A DNA stretch of 64,000 nucleotides from positions 91,760,001 to 91,824,000 of the forward strand of contig NC_058380.1 in NCBI RefSeq assembly GCF_018350175.1, written 5' to 3'. Shown here piece after piece: positions 62,346 to 64,000 of the stretch. The position numbers were made by a program, and so were the translations under genes. Position 1 is the first letter of the stretch. The number at the start of each line of letters is the position of its first letter. This DNA comes from Felis catus (lineage: Eukaryota). Under the pieces are notes generated by a model. The model saw nothing but the letters and a program-made list of their open reading frames with translations. It had not been told where the DNA came from and searched no databases.

Positions 62346-62557
62346 TTAATTTTTTGAACGTCTGTTTTTGAGACCGAGAGAGACACAGAGTGCGAGCGGG
62401 GGAGGGGCAGAGAGGGAGGGAGACACAGAATCTGAAACAGGCTCCAGGCTCCACGCTGTCAGCACAGAGGCCGACCCGGGGCTCGAACTCACGAACCGTG
62501 AGATCGTGATCTGAGCCGAGGTCGGACATTTCACCGACTGAGCCACCCAGGTGCCCC
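62346..62557 (-). mobile_element. CanSINE
   Basis: Reverse-complement body ending …gagccacccaggtgcccc; imperfect TSD tcgact(c/t)tctc(g/c)(c/t)ttt. Confidence 0.9.
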
Positions 62558-62569
62558 TCGACTTTCTCC

Positions 62570-62871
62570 TTTTAAACATTTAACATGGTACAAGTCCCTG
62601 ACCTTAACTACGCTTCCTCTGCCGGGCGCCATCACCACCATCTAGTTCCAGAACATCTGCATCACCCCAAGCAGAAAACCAGTCCCCGCCGAGGGGTCAG
62701 GCGCTGGCTCTTGCCGACCCCCCGTGCTCCCCGGCAACCAGCGACGTGGCTCCCGTCACTATTTCTTTACTTATCATTATGAGTTTTTCACACGGGTGAG
62801 ATCCTACAGCGTGTGGTATTTTCTGCCTGGTTTCTGCCACTTAGTATAACGTCTTCTAGTTCACCTACGTC
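62570..62871 (-). mobile_element. Old L1 3' fragment, truncated near the duplication junction
   Basis: catcaccaccatctagttccagaacat…catcaccccaa…tttctgccacttagtataacgtcttctagttcacc. Confidence 0.65.
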
Positions 62872-62902
62872 GGAGGTGCCTGGGAGGCTCAGTTGCTTAG
62901 GA

Positions 62903-64000
<1,098 letters not shown>

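Overview
GC-rich mammalian genomic DNA, almost certainly from a felid given the many Felidae-type CanSINEs. It is orthologous to human 9q34.3 in reverse orientation. Gene order: RABL6 coding exon 1 and intron 1 (-); CCDC183 (-, 14 coding exons, intact, 533 aa); TMEM141 (-, 5 exons, intact, 108 aa); then the lipocalin cluster on +. In that cluster LCN15 is intact (186 aa). LCN8 is disabled (start ATG>ATA, no recognisable exon 2, +1 frameshift in exon 3). LCN6 is disabled (+1 frameshift with an immediate stop in exon 3, -1 frameshift in exon 4). LCN10 is intact (185 aa). At the window end a near-identical second copy of the LCN10 promoter and exon 1 begins (tandem unit about 13.7 kb); it differs mainly in a 28-bp minisatellite (31 vs 7 units). 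The main signal is apparent turnover of the epididymal lipocalin cluster: two losses and one very recent duplication. Assembly artefacts must be excluded with reads. Gene identities rest on remembered human/mouse proteins plus hand-checked exon sizes and phases. Most long ORFs in the track are GC or repeat artefacts.
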